Shown: positions 1-11,712, numbered from the stretch's first letter. The stretch is DNA of 64,000 nt from an uncultured Armatimonadia bacterium (GCA_963749155.1 CAVVLO010000003.1:128001-192000), one strand, 5' to 3'. The notes: generated from the sequence alone by a model not told the origin. Program-made: numbers and translations.

Positions 1-108
1 GAGCCAATACTGGTAGTAGGCGAGCCACTCATCGGAAAGCGCCCGATTCAAAGTAAGAACAAGCTCCTCCACATCCAGCCCTACAATAGATCTGCCTTTC
101 GTACCCAT
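1..108 (-). CDS. Ferritin-like DPSL/bacterioferritin-related protein, N-terminal part (runs off window edge)
   Basis: Not in ORF track. Manual translation from ATG at 108 gives MGTKGRSIVGLDVEELVLTLNRALSDEWLAYYQYWL; LNxALxxEWLAYYQYW is typical of DPSL-type ferritins. AAGGAGG RBS upstream. Confidence 0.8.
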   Translation of the reverse strand, partial: MGTKGRSIVGLDVEELVLTLNRALSDEWLAYYQYWL

Positions 109-186
109 CTTCGTTGCCTCCTTGAGACACGACTTGCTGCCTGCTTCTACGTGTTAGTTGCAGGCACCTGCCGAGATCCTGGGAAG

Positions 187-1588
187 CTACTTCTGCTCTT
201 CGTGGTATTCCGCGTCGGTGTTGACGGCCCAGGGGTCGTAATTCTTCCCCTCGGCGATGTTGCGCGCCGCCAAGCAGCGCCGTCATCATCGAGTGGTCCA
301 TATTGTTGTATCTGTGCTGCCCGTTGCGGCCGATACAGTAGAGGTTTTCCAAGGAGTCCAGGAAGCCTCTCAGCACCCCAAGCCGCGCCTGATAGGCATC
401 ATCGTAGACTGGATAAGCCTTCGGCACGGGCACAACGTGGCCATCTTCAACCCAGTCCTCTTTCAGCAGGCCGAGTTTGGCGACCTCAGAGGCGCCCAGC
501 TCAATCAGTTTCTCTTTGGGCCACTGGTAAAGCTCATCGGTGTCCCAAAGGAAGTACTCCAGCCCGATGCAGCTCTTGCTTGCGTCAGGCACCAGGTGAG
601 GGCTCCAGTTGCCGAAGTTCTGCAGCCTGCCGACCTGCACCTCGGGCGAGTGGATGTAAATCCAGTTGTCGGGGAAGAGGTTCGGCCGGTCGACGATCAG
701 CGCCACGGTGAGGAAATCGCGATACCTGAGCGCCTTTGCGGCCTCGACCACCTCGGCGGCGGGCGCAGGCTCCATCATCAGGATAAGCTCCCGGATGGGC
801 AGCGTGGAGAGGAACCAGTCTACCGGCAGTTGCTCTGTGCCTTCTGGCCCCTCGACAGAAATACCAGCTACTCGCTTGCCCTCGAGGAAGAGTTTCGTCA
901 CTTTTGTCTCGCGCTTTACCAGGCCGCCAGCGACTTCAATATTCCCCGCCGCCGCCTCCCAAAGCTGGCCAGGCCCAAGCGGGGGATATTTGAACTCTTC
1001 AATCAACGTCTTCACGGTGCCGCCGCGCTTCGGTATCAAGGCTTTGAAGAGGGCCGTCGAGAGGGAAAGCCCCTGGATGCGCTGAGCTGCCCAATCGGCC
1101 GAAAGCTCCGTGCAGGCCATCCCCCAGACTTTTTCGGTATAGGTCTTGAAGAAGGTGCGATAGAGCCGCCGGCCGAACCGGTTGGACACCCAGTCCTCGA
1201 AGCTGACCTCGGGGCGGATGGGCGCTACTTTCGACCAGAAATAGCTGGCGACCGCCGCCAGAGAGGTGAAAGGGCCAAGCTGCATAAAGGCATCGAGCGG
1301 CTTCAGGGGATAGCGGAAAAACTTGTTGCGATAATAGATGCGCGAAAGCCGCTCGCGCGTCATAAGCGGTGCGCCCAGCAGCTCGGGCCAGAGGGCGTTT
1401 ATCTCCTCCGACTTGCTGAAGAAGCGATGGCCGCCCAAATCGAAGCGATAGCCTTTATATTCCTCGGTGCGCGCGATACCGCCCACGAGGGGCAGACTCT
1501 CGAAAACAGTCGGCGCCAGCCCGTGCCTTGTTAGTTCATATGCCGCGGTGAGGCCAGCCGGCCCGCCTCCGCCAATGGCGATTGTCAC
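187..1588 (-). CDS. NAD(P)/FAD-dependent oxidoreductase (protoporphyrinogen oxidase/UDP-galactopyranose mutase-like), frameshift near 271
   Basis: GGGPAG dinucleotide motif, DLGGHRF, GRNGQHRYNNMDHSM. After removing one base near 271 it ends LLAARNIAEGKNYDPWAVNTDAEYHEEQK* at 187, not at 29 as in the ORF track. Confidence 0.85.
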
Positions 1589-1708
1589 TTGCGCTGCCTC
1601 CTCCTGATAGAAGTAATATTATACAACCATCTGAGGGCCACTTCTCCTTCTTTAAGGAAGGACAGCAAGCCTTCGGCGCGAATTCAGTTCAAACCCACCC
1701 TCTACCGG

Positions 1709-3255
1709 ATGCACCAGGAGGAAACTTTGCACCAGTCACAGCCTGCTGACCAGGAACCATCATCTGCCATCCAGGCGCAAACAGACGCCCCTGCCAGATG
1801 GGGTTGGCTAGCTCTGAGTAACGGCCCTCGCACTGGTTCTTCGCCTCTACAGGCTTGCCTACTGGGGACTTTGGGCAGATGACGGAAAGTCTACCATATG
1901 GTATCGGCTCCGAGCGCTTGCAGCTCTGCTCGACTGGAATCAGTCCACCACTCTTCCTTCTATCTGCTTTTCGGTATTGGAATCAAGTTGGCCAAGCCTC
2001 TTTGGTGGCGCCTGCTGCCCGCGCTGCTTGGGACACTTACAGTGCCCCTGCTCTACTTTATGTTCCAGCGCACTGTTGGTTCCAGAGCAGCCCTGTTTGC
2101 TGCCTTGTTGCTGGCTGTGAGTCCGCTTCATACCGGAGAAAGCCAGGATCTGCGTATGTATACTCTGCTTACGCTCGAGTTTCTCGTGTTGTTTTGGGCG
2201 GCTGTGAAGGTCATATTGCAACCGCAAAAGCCCTTTCTTTACGCTGTGCTGGCGGCCATCTCGGCGCTAGCAATGCTCTATACCCAGTATGTCAGCGTAG
2301 TCTTCCTGGTCAGCCCTTCTACTGGCTGTGCTGCCCTACTGCTGGAAGAGCCGCCGGGCTCTCACTGCGCCTGGTTCTGGTCCTTCTTATAGTATTTGCA
2401 GGCTTTGCCCCCTGGATTCCCCAGCTCAAGCCGCTCCGACTTCCCAATGGGTGCTTTTACCGAAGAGGAACGTCTCATTAGCAGCGCTTGGCCGCCACTC
2501 TGGTTGTCTTCTCGGCGGGGCAGGTGCAGACCCAGAAAGCCGTCCGCAGCCCATCTGAACGCCTGGATTTGGTGACTCTGGCGGGCGGGGCCACCCTTCT
2601 GTTTGGGCTCGCGGTCTCCCTTGGCCTCAGACGTAAACACCGGCTGACCTGGCTGCTCGTCGCTACAGGCTTCGGCCCAATGCTCTTGCTTTATACCGCC
2701 TCTTACATAAAGCCTTTCTATCAGACTTATCCCCTGATGCCCTCCCTGATACCCCTCTGCCTGCTTGCCGGACTGGGACTGGCCCAGTTGAAGTTGCCCT
2801 CCAGGGCTGTATCTGCTCGGGTTGCTCTGTCTTGTCAGCCTGGCTCTCATCACCTATGGCTATTATGATCCCACTCTCCAGCGCAATCGAGGGCTTGGGC
2901 GAGTGGCTCAGGCAATCTGGGAGGAGTCCGGCCTGGCGATATCGTCCTCTGTGATGCGCTGATGGTTTGGCCGTTGCAGGCCCATCTCCAGGCCTTGTTG
3001 CCTGATAAGCGGCTGCGTATAGAAGCAGTGTCTCCTGACCGGTTCGAGGCTACCAGGCGCTTCTGGCTGGTTAGTCGCGTTCACCGGACCGAGGTGCGCG
3101 CGGAGATCCCCGCTGACAGGAAACAACTGTGGGAGTGGCATCAGCCCTTCGGCAGCCTGCTGATAGGGCGCGTTATGCTGGCGCTGTATTCGACCGACCT
3201 ACAAGACGAAAAACCCGCCGCCACGCCTGATTACTTGCTGCTGCCTGATAGCTAG
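1709..3255 (+). CDS. GT-C fold membrane glycosyltransferase (GT39/ArnT-like), several frameshifts; start uncertain
   Basis: Consecutive hydrophobic ORF fragments (1898-2392, 2488-2868, 2962-3255) with WRLLPALLGTLTVPLLY and SQDLRMYTL motifs. Confidence 0.65.
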
Positions 3256-4779
3256 CTCGCTGAAGTCAGACCTGGTTCGACCTGGGGAGCAGCCGGAGCG
3301 GGTCTCCTCGCTGCTTCGTCAGCTTCCGCCAGGATCCGGCTGCGCTCTGCAACCTGCAAGCAGACGGCTGACCACGCGAAGGGCAGAAAGATCGTAGGAT
3401 AATCGAGGCTTCCGCCGATCAGCCAGGCGGCAACCCACAGCCAGAGGTTAAGCCTGAAGGCATAGCAGATACCAACAAGCTCCGAGTAAGCATGGGTAGA
3501 GTTACTGATCGCTTTTTTGAATAGAAAATGCGCATACCAGATCAGAAGAATAAAGAGCCCAAACCCCAGAAGCCCCAAGATCTGCCGCGAGTCAGAAACA
3601 GGTTGTGCGGCTCGCCCCCCACCTCGGTAGCGCCAGCCTTCGCTTGCATACTCTCCAAGCTGAAGCGCACATTGCCGTATCCTATCCCCATATCGGGTGA
3701 TTAAGAAATACGAGCCAGGTCTGCTGGTTTACAGACAAGCGATAATGCTCATATGTGGGGCTGAAAGTGGCGCTCATCCTGTGACCTGTTGCAGCTCGGT
3801 ATTCTGGGGGCAGTAAGAAAGAACGCCAGCGTGCCGATTAGCGCCAAGCGCCAGGTAGGCACCAAGAAGCTTGCTGAAGCTTTTGCCTGAGTAGTTCCAG
3901 AGCAACCAGAGCATCGCCATGGCAGCAAAGAATATCTGCGCCCTGGCAAAAGTCGCAAGCAAACCCATTACCATAACGGTAGCCAGCAGGAAGCCCCAGG
4001 TTGGCATCCTCTTGCGCCCAATCAGAAGCAGCCCAAGCAGGAGGAATAGCCCAAGCGCTATCAGGAAAGCAGCGCCCGCCGGATGCTTGAAGGTCCCAAA
4101 AGCGCGCGGGATGGGTCCGAAGTAATAACCCCACGGCACCCCTTCTGCAGTAGGAAGGTGCCGCTGCAAGTAAGCGATCGGCCCGAGGACTGGCTGCACG
4201 ATACACATAAAGGCCTGGATAGACGCAATCACGACCAGGAGCCAGGAGACAAGTACGAGCCGCGCGCGCGTATTGATAAAAGCCTCAAACGAATAGGCAA
4301 GCGCGAAGGCCTGGAACAAGGGCATAACTGCCCTGAGCGCCTCGTGCCTGGGTTGTCGCGCCTAACGCGGAAAGGGTCGCCATAAAAATGAAAGAGAGCA
4401 TCACCCATTGAAGTGGAGATACAAAACGTTGCTTGCGCACGGCTTTTATGCCAATAGCCAGGCCCATCGAGACGAAGGCCAGCAGTCCAATGGCATAAAG
4501 CGGGCCCCACGCAGGAAGCCAGTCAAGGGGGATGAGGAGGATCTCGGCCAAAACTACGTAGAAAGGACTTGCTGCCACAAGCAGCGCGCCCATCCCTGCG
4601 CCAACCAGAGTGGTGTTCACCTTGCCGGGCTCCACTATGAGCCAGGCGGTGAAAAGTGAGCCCAGTATAATTGTTACTATGAGGAAGAGAGGCAGATAGG
4701 GCGATCTTCCCTGGACTGCGGCCACGTTGCGCTTGATCAAACGCTTCCCCTCCGGCACTCGGTAACTCGATTTTAACAC
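3252..4779 (-). CDS. O-antigen ligase/Wzy_C family membrane protein, frameshifted
   Basis: Fragments 4285-4779, 3774-4325, 3252-3578. RAFGTFKHP and ATFARA motifs; GIGYGN (~3672-3689) and GEPHNLFL (~3593-3616) in the intervening frame. Confidence 0.8.
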
Positions 4780-4905
4780 ACCCTCTTTCTGCCGGCATCC
4801 CTGGAAGGCCTTTTTTTAGGAAGCCTTTGATGGATTATGACCGCAGGATATTTCCTCTTTCTGGTGAATCTAAGCCTGGACTAGCTGCTCTTCAAGGAGG
4901 CCTGG

Positions 4906-6771
4906 ATGCCCAACTGGACTTGCCCTGCGGCTCATCCCTTCCTGGTCGCCAACCTGGCCCAGCTGGAAGCCGCGCGCCGCAAACTGGCAGAAGGCTTCGA
5001 GCCGGTTGCCAACGCCCTTGCCGAACTGGAGAAGCTCTCTGGCCAGGCCGCCGACCTCGAGCTACCTGGCTTCGATCACTCCTGGTTCGCCGGCAAGACG
5101 CGCGCCGACTGGGCAGCCATCTATCCTGAAGTTTTTCGCGACACCTCGCAGGGGCCAGGTCGCTATGCGATGCCCGCCCTTGGCGCCGCTCTCCACTGGG
5201 CGCTGACAGAAGAAGCTACCAGCCTCGCGGCGGCGAAGCGCATTTTGCTCCATATGCAGGCTGAATATCCCTTCGACATCGAGCACTACGATGTGGGGAT
5301 GAACTACACTGGTTTCTGCATCCCCCTGCTGTGGGCATATGACCTGCTTTATGAGACTTTTACCCCTACCGAGAGAGGCTTGCTGGACGAATTTTTCGCG
5401 CGCGCCTATTCGGCTATCGCCGAGAACGATGCTCTCTGGGTGCGCGAGGGCATCGGAGGCGCCTACAACAACCATTACGCCTGGCACAAGTTCTTCATCG
5501 CCAGCTACGGCGCCTTCTACGGGCGGGGAGAACTGATCGACTTCGCCCTCACCAGCCCGATGGGCGTTGACGACTTTATGGCGCACGGCCTGGTGGACGA
5601 TGGCCTGTGGCTTGAGAGCGCCACCGGCTACAACTTCGTCGCCGCCCACGCTCTGCTGCCGCTTGCCTGGACACTCCGCAATGCCGGCTGGCCGGAGGAC
5701 CTCTTCGAGCGTGATTTCGGACGCGGCAAACGGCTGAGACAGCTCTTCGACGCCGCGCTGTACTTGCTCTTTCCCGATGGCTCTATGCCGGCGCTTGGCG
5801 ACTGTTATGGCCGCCTGCCCACCCTCCCTGGCGACCAGTACGAGTACGCCTGGGCAATCTGGAAAGCGCCCGAATACGCCTGGGTCGTCAGTCAGCGTCC
5901 GCGGCGGTACTCTGGCTGGGGCCTGCTGCCTGCCCTGTTCGTCGCAGAGCCTGTCTCTGGTCTGGCAGAGCCCCCTGTTGGCACCCGCAACTGGCCCGAA
6001 CACGGGCTGACGCTGCTCGCGAACAATGCGCCAGGCCCGTACTTCTCCCCCACCACGGCGGCCTGTTTCATCACCTGGGGCTACAGTGGCATCCACGGTC
6101 ACGCCGACAAACTCGGCTTCGAGCTTGCGGTCGGCAAACGCCGCTGGCTCGCTGATGCGGAAGCCACCTCGCCTGGCCACAGCTTCAGCAGTGACGTGCA
6201 AGGCCAGCTCAATCGCACGAGCCTCCCCCACAGCCTCGTGACAGTGGACCATAAGCCCCAGCGCGGCCTGCGCGACAATCTCACCGTGGTCGAACTCGAT
6301 GAAGTCCGCCGGCGCCTGGTGCTGCGCGATGAGGGAGCGCTGTATGAGGGCGTGACCCAGCAGCGCGCCTTCCAGCTCGGAGAGACTGCTCTGACTGACC
6401 TCTACGAGCTTTCAGCTGATACCGACCACACTTTCGAATACCAGCTCGTTTTCTGGCCGGGGACAGAAATCACCCTTCCGATGCCTCTCTCCCCCGCCCC
6501 GCCCATCAAGGCCGGCGTGGAATACACCTGGTTGCGCGACCTGGCCAGCGCGCCTCTGCCGGCAGGGACGTTCAGCTTCGAGGCGAAGCAGGAAGAGGCC
6601 ACGCTGAAAGTTGAGATGGTCGCACCAGAGGGCTCCGAGGTGCTACTCGGCAGCCTGCCACGAACGCAGGACTGGCAGCCGCCTCACTTCCCGCTGCTGC
6701 TGGTACGCTACAGAGGGAAGCAGGCCCGGTTCGAGGTCACCTTTACCTGGGCCAAACCAACTGGCAGTTGA
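4906..6771 (+). CDS. Heparinase II/III / alginate lyase family polysaccharide lyase
   Basis: 621 aa; NNHYAW, DDGLWLESATGY, PDGSMPALGD, HGHADKLGFEL, HSLVTVD; AAGGAGG RBS. Confidence 0.8.
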   Translation: MPNWTCPAAHPFLVANLAQLEAARRKLAEGFEPVANALAELEKLSGQAADLELPGFDHSWFAGKTRADWAAIYPEVFRDTSQGPGRYAMPALGAALHWALTEEATSLAAAKRILLHMQAEYPFDIEHYDVGMNYTGFCIPLLWAYDLLYETFTPTERGLLDEFFARAYSAIAENDALWVREGIGGAYNNHYAWHKFFIASYGAFYGRGELIDFALTSPMGVDDFMAHGLVDDGLWLESATGYNFVAAHALLPLAWTLRNAGWPEDLFERDFGRGKRLRQLFDAALYLLFPDGSMPALGDCYGRLPTLPGDQYEYAWAIWKAPEYAWVVSQRPRRYSGWGLLPALFVAEPVSGLAEPPVGTRNWPEHGLTLLANNAPGPYFSPTTAACFITWGYSGIHGHADKLGFELAVGKRRWLADAEATSPGHSFSSDVQGQLNRTSLPHSLVTVDHKPQRGLRDNLTVVELDEVRRRLVLRDEGALYEGVTQQRAFQLGETALTDLYELSADTDHTFEYQLVFWPGTEITLPMPLSPAPPIKAGVEYTWLRDLASAPLPAGTFSFEAKQEEATLKVEMVAPEGSEVLLGSLPRTQDWQPPHFPLLLVRYRGKQARFEVTFTWAKPTGS

Positions 6772-6786
6772 GGAGGAGAGGTAGCC

Positions 6787-8934
6787 ATGCGCGCGCCTCG
6801 GGTTGGACTTTTGCTGGTTTGCTTCGCGCTAGGGTTGGCTTGCTGCTTGTGCGCTTTAGCGTCGGCCGACCAGTATGTCGCCTACTCGCTCAAGGCGGCT
6901 CACGAGCAAGTTGCCGCGAACACTGACTTTCGCGCCGACAAAGCCCTGTTCGAGTTGGGCGGAATCACGCGCCCCGCTGGGCTGCTGGTTGACACTGCCT
7001 CGGGCGACCTGATGCTGGTAGGCCTTGCGGAAGAAGGCCCTCCCCTGACCCTCGACGACCTTTCTCTTGCGCTCAGGGCCAGGTTCATCTATGGGAAGGA
7101 TCCCGATGTACGTTACCGGCCTCCCCTCAAGGAGGGCGCGCCTGCCAGCGTAAAGCTGCGAGGCGGGGTCGAGGGCACTCCCTTTGGGGAGGCGCTGACA
7201 GCCGGAGGCGCCTGGCTCGCCAAGCGCGCCCAAGCCGAGCAGGACCCCCCCGTCGTCTTGTGGCTTTATGTGACCTTGCCAGATATACAGGCGAACGAGG
7301 GCGCCGTTGCGCTTGGGGCGCTGGACTCTATCACCTGCGCGCTACCGTCTGCTCAGGACGGCTCCTCTGCGCCTTCAAGACTCGATGTCGCCTTGGGAAA
7401 CCGCATCACGTCAGACTTCGTCACTGCCCAGGCGCAGAACGAACCGCTAGCCCGGCTTGAAGGATTGGCGGGTCTGGTTGGACTCGGCGCAGGGCTTGAA
7501 TTGCTTCCCCTGTCCGAGCTCTCCGACCTGGCCTGGTGGCTGTCTTCGTACCCCTTGGACTTGCCACCGCCTGTCTTCCCTCTTGTCACCCCCGATACCC
7601 CGCCTGAGTCCGATATGCTGCGAGCTGGGCTTTGCCTTGCGTCCTTTGCGTCAGTCAGCAATTCTGCCGAGGCTCTTGCGCCTGCAGAACCTGTCCTCGC
7701 TGCCCGGCCAGACTCCAGCGCGCTCAGGTGGACCTTCGAATACTCGGACTGGGGCACTCGGGCAGACCAGTCCCCTGACCTGGGAAAGCTGGCTGCCCAG
7801 GCGCTCTTCCTTGCGGGAGAAGGGCAATCTGGCCCCGCTGTTTCGCTACTTGACGATTACCTTGCCCTCCGGCCTGAGAGCGCCACCGCTGCTTACCAAT
7901 ACCCCAGCCAGCTATTTGGCCTGGGCCAACTGGAATTGGCTGCCTCCAAGACTGATGAGTTGGTCCGCATGACGCCCTTCTGGGGCAAAGCCAAGACTCT
8001 GCAGGCGTCCTTCCAAATCATGCTGGGCGAACCTGAGGCGGCGCTGCCCCTCTGTGAGGCTGCCCTCGAGCTTAATCCTGTGCTCGCAGAAGCGATGGCG
8101 CGCAAAGGGATAGCCTACCGCGACCTGAACGATGCAGAGTCCGCTCTGGAACCGCTCACCACTTCGCTCCAGCTCGATCCGACGAGTTCGATCGCCTGGG
8201 ATGCGCTTGCTGCCGTGTTGGCTAGCCTTGGGCGTCTTCCAGAAGCTGCCGACGCTGGACGCAAAGCAGTATCGCTCGAACCCGACTCGTCCATCAACTG
8301 GTACAACCTGGGGCTAACTCTGTCCGACCAAACCAAGTACAGTGAGGCCGTTCGCCACTATGAGAAGGCGGTTGAGCTCGATCCTGAGCTGGGTTTTGCC
8401 TGGAACAACCTGGGCATGTGTCTCGACCAGCTTGGGCGAAGCGAAGAGGCTTTAGTCGCCCTCGATCGCGCCCTTGCGCTTGACCCTTACATCGTTGCTG
8501 CCTGGCACAACAAAGGCCTGGCTTTCTTCCACCTGGGCCGGGTGGAGGAGTCGCTTGCCTTCTACGACCGGGCACTTGAGTTGAATCCAGATCATGGGGA
8601 CGCGCTGACGAACAAGGGCGTTGCTTTGCTTGCGCTTCAGCGGAATCAGGAGGCTTTGAGCTACCTGTCCAAGGCCGTGCAACTGGATCCCGAAAACGTG
8701 ACAGCGTGGGCTAACGGAGCCGTGGCCTTGCTAGCCCTTGGTCAGCCTGCCCAGGCCCTCTCCTGTGTGGACAAGGCACTGGAAATTGATCCTGACGAGC
8801 TTACCGCGCTCACAAGCAAGGGGCTGGCACTGGCTGCGCTTGGCCGAACTGATGAGGCCAGAGCAGCTCTCCAACGCGCCGTGGACCTTGGGGATGATCG
8901 CGCCCGCGACTTGCTTAACCAGCTTGGGGGCTAA
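6787..8934 (+). CDS. Secreted protein with DUF1598-like N-terminus and about ten C-terminal TPR repeats
   Basis: Signal peptide; LGGITRPAGLLVDTASGDLMLVG...LTLDDLSLALRA; repeated W.NLG/NKG...A..LDP TPR units; GGAGG RBS. Confidence 0.8.
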   Translation: MRAPRVGLLLVCFALGLACCLCALASADQYVAYSLKAAHEQVAANTDFRADKALFELGGITRPAGLLVDTASGDLMLVGLAEEGPPLTLDDLSLALRARFIYGKDPDVRYRPPLKEGAPASVKLRGGVEGTPFGEALTAGGAWLAKRAQAEQDPPVVLWLYVTLPDIQANEGAVALGALDSITCALPSAQDGSSAPSRLDVALGNRITSDFVTAQAQNEPLARLEGLAGLVGLGAGLELLPLSELSDLAWWLSSYPLDLPPPVFPLVTPDTPPESDMLRAGLCLASFASVSNSAEALAPAEPVLAARPDSSALRWTFEYSDWGTRADQSPDLGKLAAQALFLAGEGQSGPAVSLLDDYLALRPESATAAYQYPSQLFGLGQLELAASKTDELVRMTPFWGKAKTLQASFQIMLGEPEAALPLCEAALELNPVLAEAMARKGIAYRDLNDAESALEPLTTSLQLDPTSSIAWDALAAVLASLGRLPEAADAGRKAVSLEPDSSINWYNLGLTLSDQTKYSEAVRHYEKAVELDPELGFAWNNLGMCLDQLGRSEEALVALDRALALDPYIVAAWHNKGLAFFHLGRVEESLAFYDRALELNPDHGDALTNKGVALLALQRNQEALSYLSKAVQLDPENVTAWANGAVALLALGQPAQALSCVDKALEIDPDELTALTSKGLALAALGRTDEARAALQRAVDLGDDRARDLLNQLGG

Positions 8935-9018
8935 CGCTTACTTGGGAGTGCCAGTTGATGCAACCTGACGACTAGTGCAACCAGTCGGACATGCCGCCCG
9001 AACTTGGTGTCAAGAACG

Positions 9019-9801
9019 ATGAGCAGCGTTCTGAGGCTGCCAAAGCCGCTTTCCAAACGCGCTTTACCTGGGGGAGAACTAGTGGAGCCTGACGACCAGA
9101 CCGAGCAAGACCTTATCGAAGCTGAAGGCCTCTCGCGCCAGTCTACGGAGTCTCAGGCCTTCCTCAAACAGCTTGACGAGAAGACCCGCTTCACTCTCTA
9201 CGAGCTTATGGCGGTCCAGTTTGGCGGCGGGTGCGTGGGGGCAATCCTGGCTTTGGTCGTCATCGGCACTGATACGCTTGCCTGGCTGGTGCGTTACCTC
9301 CACGGCAAGCCTGAGCCTCTCTTCCTGGTCGGCTGGGATACGATTATCTTCGCCCTACCACTCTTCATCGTCGGACTGTGGTTCGGTGGCTGGCTTGGGA
9401 AGCGCCTTGCAGAGCGTTTCAGCGGGAAGGTAAACAGCCAGTGGATGGGTATGCAACAGGCCTGGCAGCGGGAGGCAGAGCGCAAAGGCGGCTTCCGCGG
9501 CTGGACTGCGGTGAATATCGTGAGCCTCATCGTGCTTTTCTTCGCGCTCAACAGCTTCGTCGCGGTGGATGATTCGGGGATAAGCTACGCCAGGTTCGGC
9601 AAGCTGAAGCCTGTCACCTATACCTGGCAGGACGTTTCTTCGGTCTGGGAAGGCGAACTAACTGGCGGTATCAGAGCCTTCCGGGTGGAGTTCTCCGATG
9701 GCCAGGTCTGGCGCTCGAACGAGCTTGTCTCGATGCGCCACTGGGAGCAAGCCCGGGACGCCTTTGATTTCGTCGTCGCAAGAACGAAGCCGGCGCCCTA
9801 A
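9019..9801 (+). CDS. Hypothetical membrane protein (about 3 TM segments)
   Basis: Long ORF with hydrophobic segments filling the gap; start uncertain (9004 or 9019 or later). Confidence 0.6.
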   Translation: MSSVLRLPKPLSKRALPGGELVEPDDQTEQDLIEAEGLSRQSTESQAFLKQLDEKTRFTLYELMAVQFGGGCVGAILALVVIGTDTLAWLVRYLHGKPEPLFLVGWDTIIFALPLFIVGLWFGGWLGKRLAERFSGKVNSQWMGMQQAWQREAERKGGFRGWTAVNIVSLIVLFFALNSFVAVDDSGISYARFGKLKPVTYTWQDVSSVWEGELTGGIRAFRVEFSDGQVWRSNELVSMRHWEQARDAFDFVVARTKPAP

Positions 9802-10914
9802 TACCTCCCATACTTCTCCACCAGCTCGCTGACCAGGCGGACGCGCTCCATATCGCCGTCTGGGGGCACCTGATCGCAGGTGCCGATCAGCACTTTGCCC
9901 TCCTCCATCAGCTCTTCGAGTATCTCCCTGACGCAGCGCTCGACTGTCTGAGCGGGATAGAGAGGGCTGAAGAGCGCCCCAGGCACGCCAGTCCAGAGCA
10001 GCACCTCGGGCCCGGCAAGCTCCCTCATCTGGCGAGGGGTCAGATCGCCGACCGGCGCGGGGGTCAGCGATTGCGCGCACTGGATGCCCGAGGCCGCGAC
10101 TTGCTCCAGCACGCCGCGCATCGTCCCATCGATATGCACAAGCGTATGCTTGCCCGCCTTCCGCACCTGCGCTGAGCGCTTGATATGGTAGGGCAGGTAG
10201 TAATCACGAAACACTTTTGGCCCGACGACCTCGGCCGAGATGTTCTCCCCGAAGCACACGAGCGGCGCTGGCGAGTCGCACACGATGGGATAGAGTCGCT
10301 CGTCCCGCTCGTCCAGCGCATCCAGTGTGCGGTGGACCTCTTCGCGGTCGTCCAGCAGCGCGTAGACGGTATTGGTGACGCCCATCCAGATGACCAGCAG
10401 GTCCGCCATCGGCATCCGCGGGGGGATGGTCCCAGGGATACCCTCCCCGCCCCACTTTTCAATCTGCAGCAGCTGGTGAGAGTAGTCGGCCTCAAACTGG
10501 GTGTGATGACAGAGAAACTGCAGCGTCCTGAGGTCGGCGCTGGTCTTGCAGGGGTATTCGAGATAGGCCCAGGTGTAGCCAAGTGGTTCAAACTGCTGCA
10601 CCTGATGGAGGCTGCCGACGGGGGTCGTCCACTCGACGTGAATCAACCGCTTGCCCTCGCGCTCCTCCTCCCAGCTCTTTACGGCAATCTCGTCGGTGTC
10701 ATAGGTCTGGCGCCAGGGGTTGGCGAGCACCTGTTCCATCCCGCCGATGCCATAATCGCGGTAGAGGTCGACGACTCCCCAGCCCTCATACCGCTCGGGG
10801 AGCTTGCCCGGCCTGCTGCATCGCGCTATACCAGTAGGAGAGATCACCCGCCCACGGCACAACATCGGGCCGCCGCCCCTCGAATACTGCAATGATGCGC
10901 TCAAGGTGGGTCAA
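9798..10914 (-). CDS. Uroporphyrinogen decarboxylase (URO-D)/MtaA-CmuA family protein, frameshift near 10808
   Basis: Corrected N-terminus from TTG at 10914 is MTHLERIIAVFEGRRPDVVPW, with AAGGAGG RBS; HIDG and CDQVPPD motifs; close paralog of 12474-13590. Confidence 0.85.
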
Positions 10915-10929
10915 GTGGGGCGGGCCTCC

Positions 10930-11616
10930 TTAGGTAGTGCGCGAAACCTCGCTGTGCCAGCGGTCTGCAAGCAGGAGTGCCAAAGCCGCAGCCCCTATCA
11001 CTCCGAAGCCAGCGGTAAGATATTTGGGAGACACGGCGAAAGCCAGTATGCCCCCCGCAAGGACTGGGATGCCATATTTGACAAACTGCAGCGCCACCTG
11101 GCCTGGCAAGGGTGCTTTTTCAGCAGACTGCTCGGACCAGCTCTTGAACATAAGAGAGAAGACGACAATATATGCTAACATTGCAAGCAGCAGCCAGTTG
11201 CCCGGGCTCAGTCCCCAGTGCCACAGCACCCACCACCCCACTGCCCACACGCTAACACCGAGGGCTACGTACCTCGCAAGGCTTAGGAGATTGCGCTTCT
11301 CGGCTGTAGTCTTGCAAATATAACGGAGGCACAGCCAGTGCCCACTAAAAACAAGCAGCACGCCAAGCGCGAACGTCGCAACCCTCCACTGCATCCCGAG
11401 TGGCTGCTCAGGGGCAACCGCCCAGGCACAAAAGAAAAAGCCAGCATAATCCAGCAACTGTGTTACCGGATATAGAGGGTTCACAGACCTAACATAGGGA
11501 TTGACCTGGTGCTCCGGATGAATCTCCGGCCACGGTGTCCCGCAGGCAGGACAGACGTCCAGCTTGCCTGAGTAAACGGTATAGCAGTTGGAGCAGATTC
11601 GCTTGCGACCTGTCAC
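10930..11616 (-). CDS. Hypothetical multi-pass membrane protein with N-terminal zinc ribbon
   Basis: CSNC...CPAC followed by about 6 hydrophobic helices; AGGAGG RBS before GTG. Confidence 0.7.
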   Translation of the reverse strand: MTGRKRICSNCYTVYSGKLDVCPACGTPWPEIHPEHQVNPYVRSVNPLYPVTQLLDYAGFFFCAWAVAPEQPLGMQWRVATFALGVLLVFSGHWLCLRYICKTTAEKRNLLSLARYVALGVSVWAVGWWVLWHWGLSPGNWLLLAMLAYIVVFSLMFKSWSEQSAEKAPLPGQVALQFVKYGIPVLAGGILAFAVSPKYLTAGFGVIGAAALALLLADRWHSEVSRTT

Positions 11617-11712
11617 GAAGCTCCCTCCTGGCTAGAACCAAATCTCATTGATCCGAACCCGAAAGCCTTTGGTAACCTGCTCGTAGCACCTCGAAACAGC
11701 CTCGTAGCCTCC

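Noticed and set aside
2280..2290. ATACCCAGTAT resembling the DUF2239-associated operator
   Set aside because: It is a single partial match inside a coding region with no promoter context.
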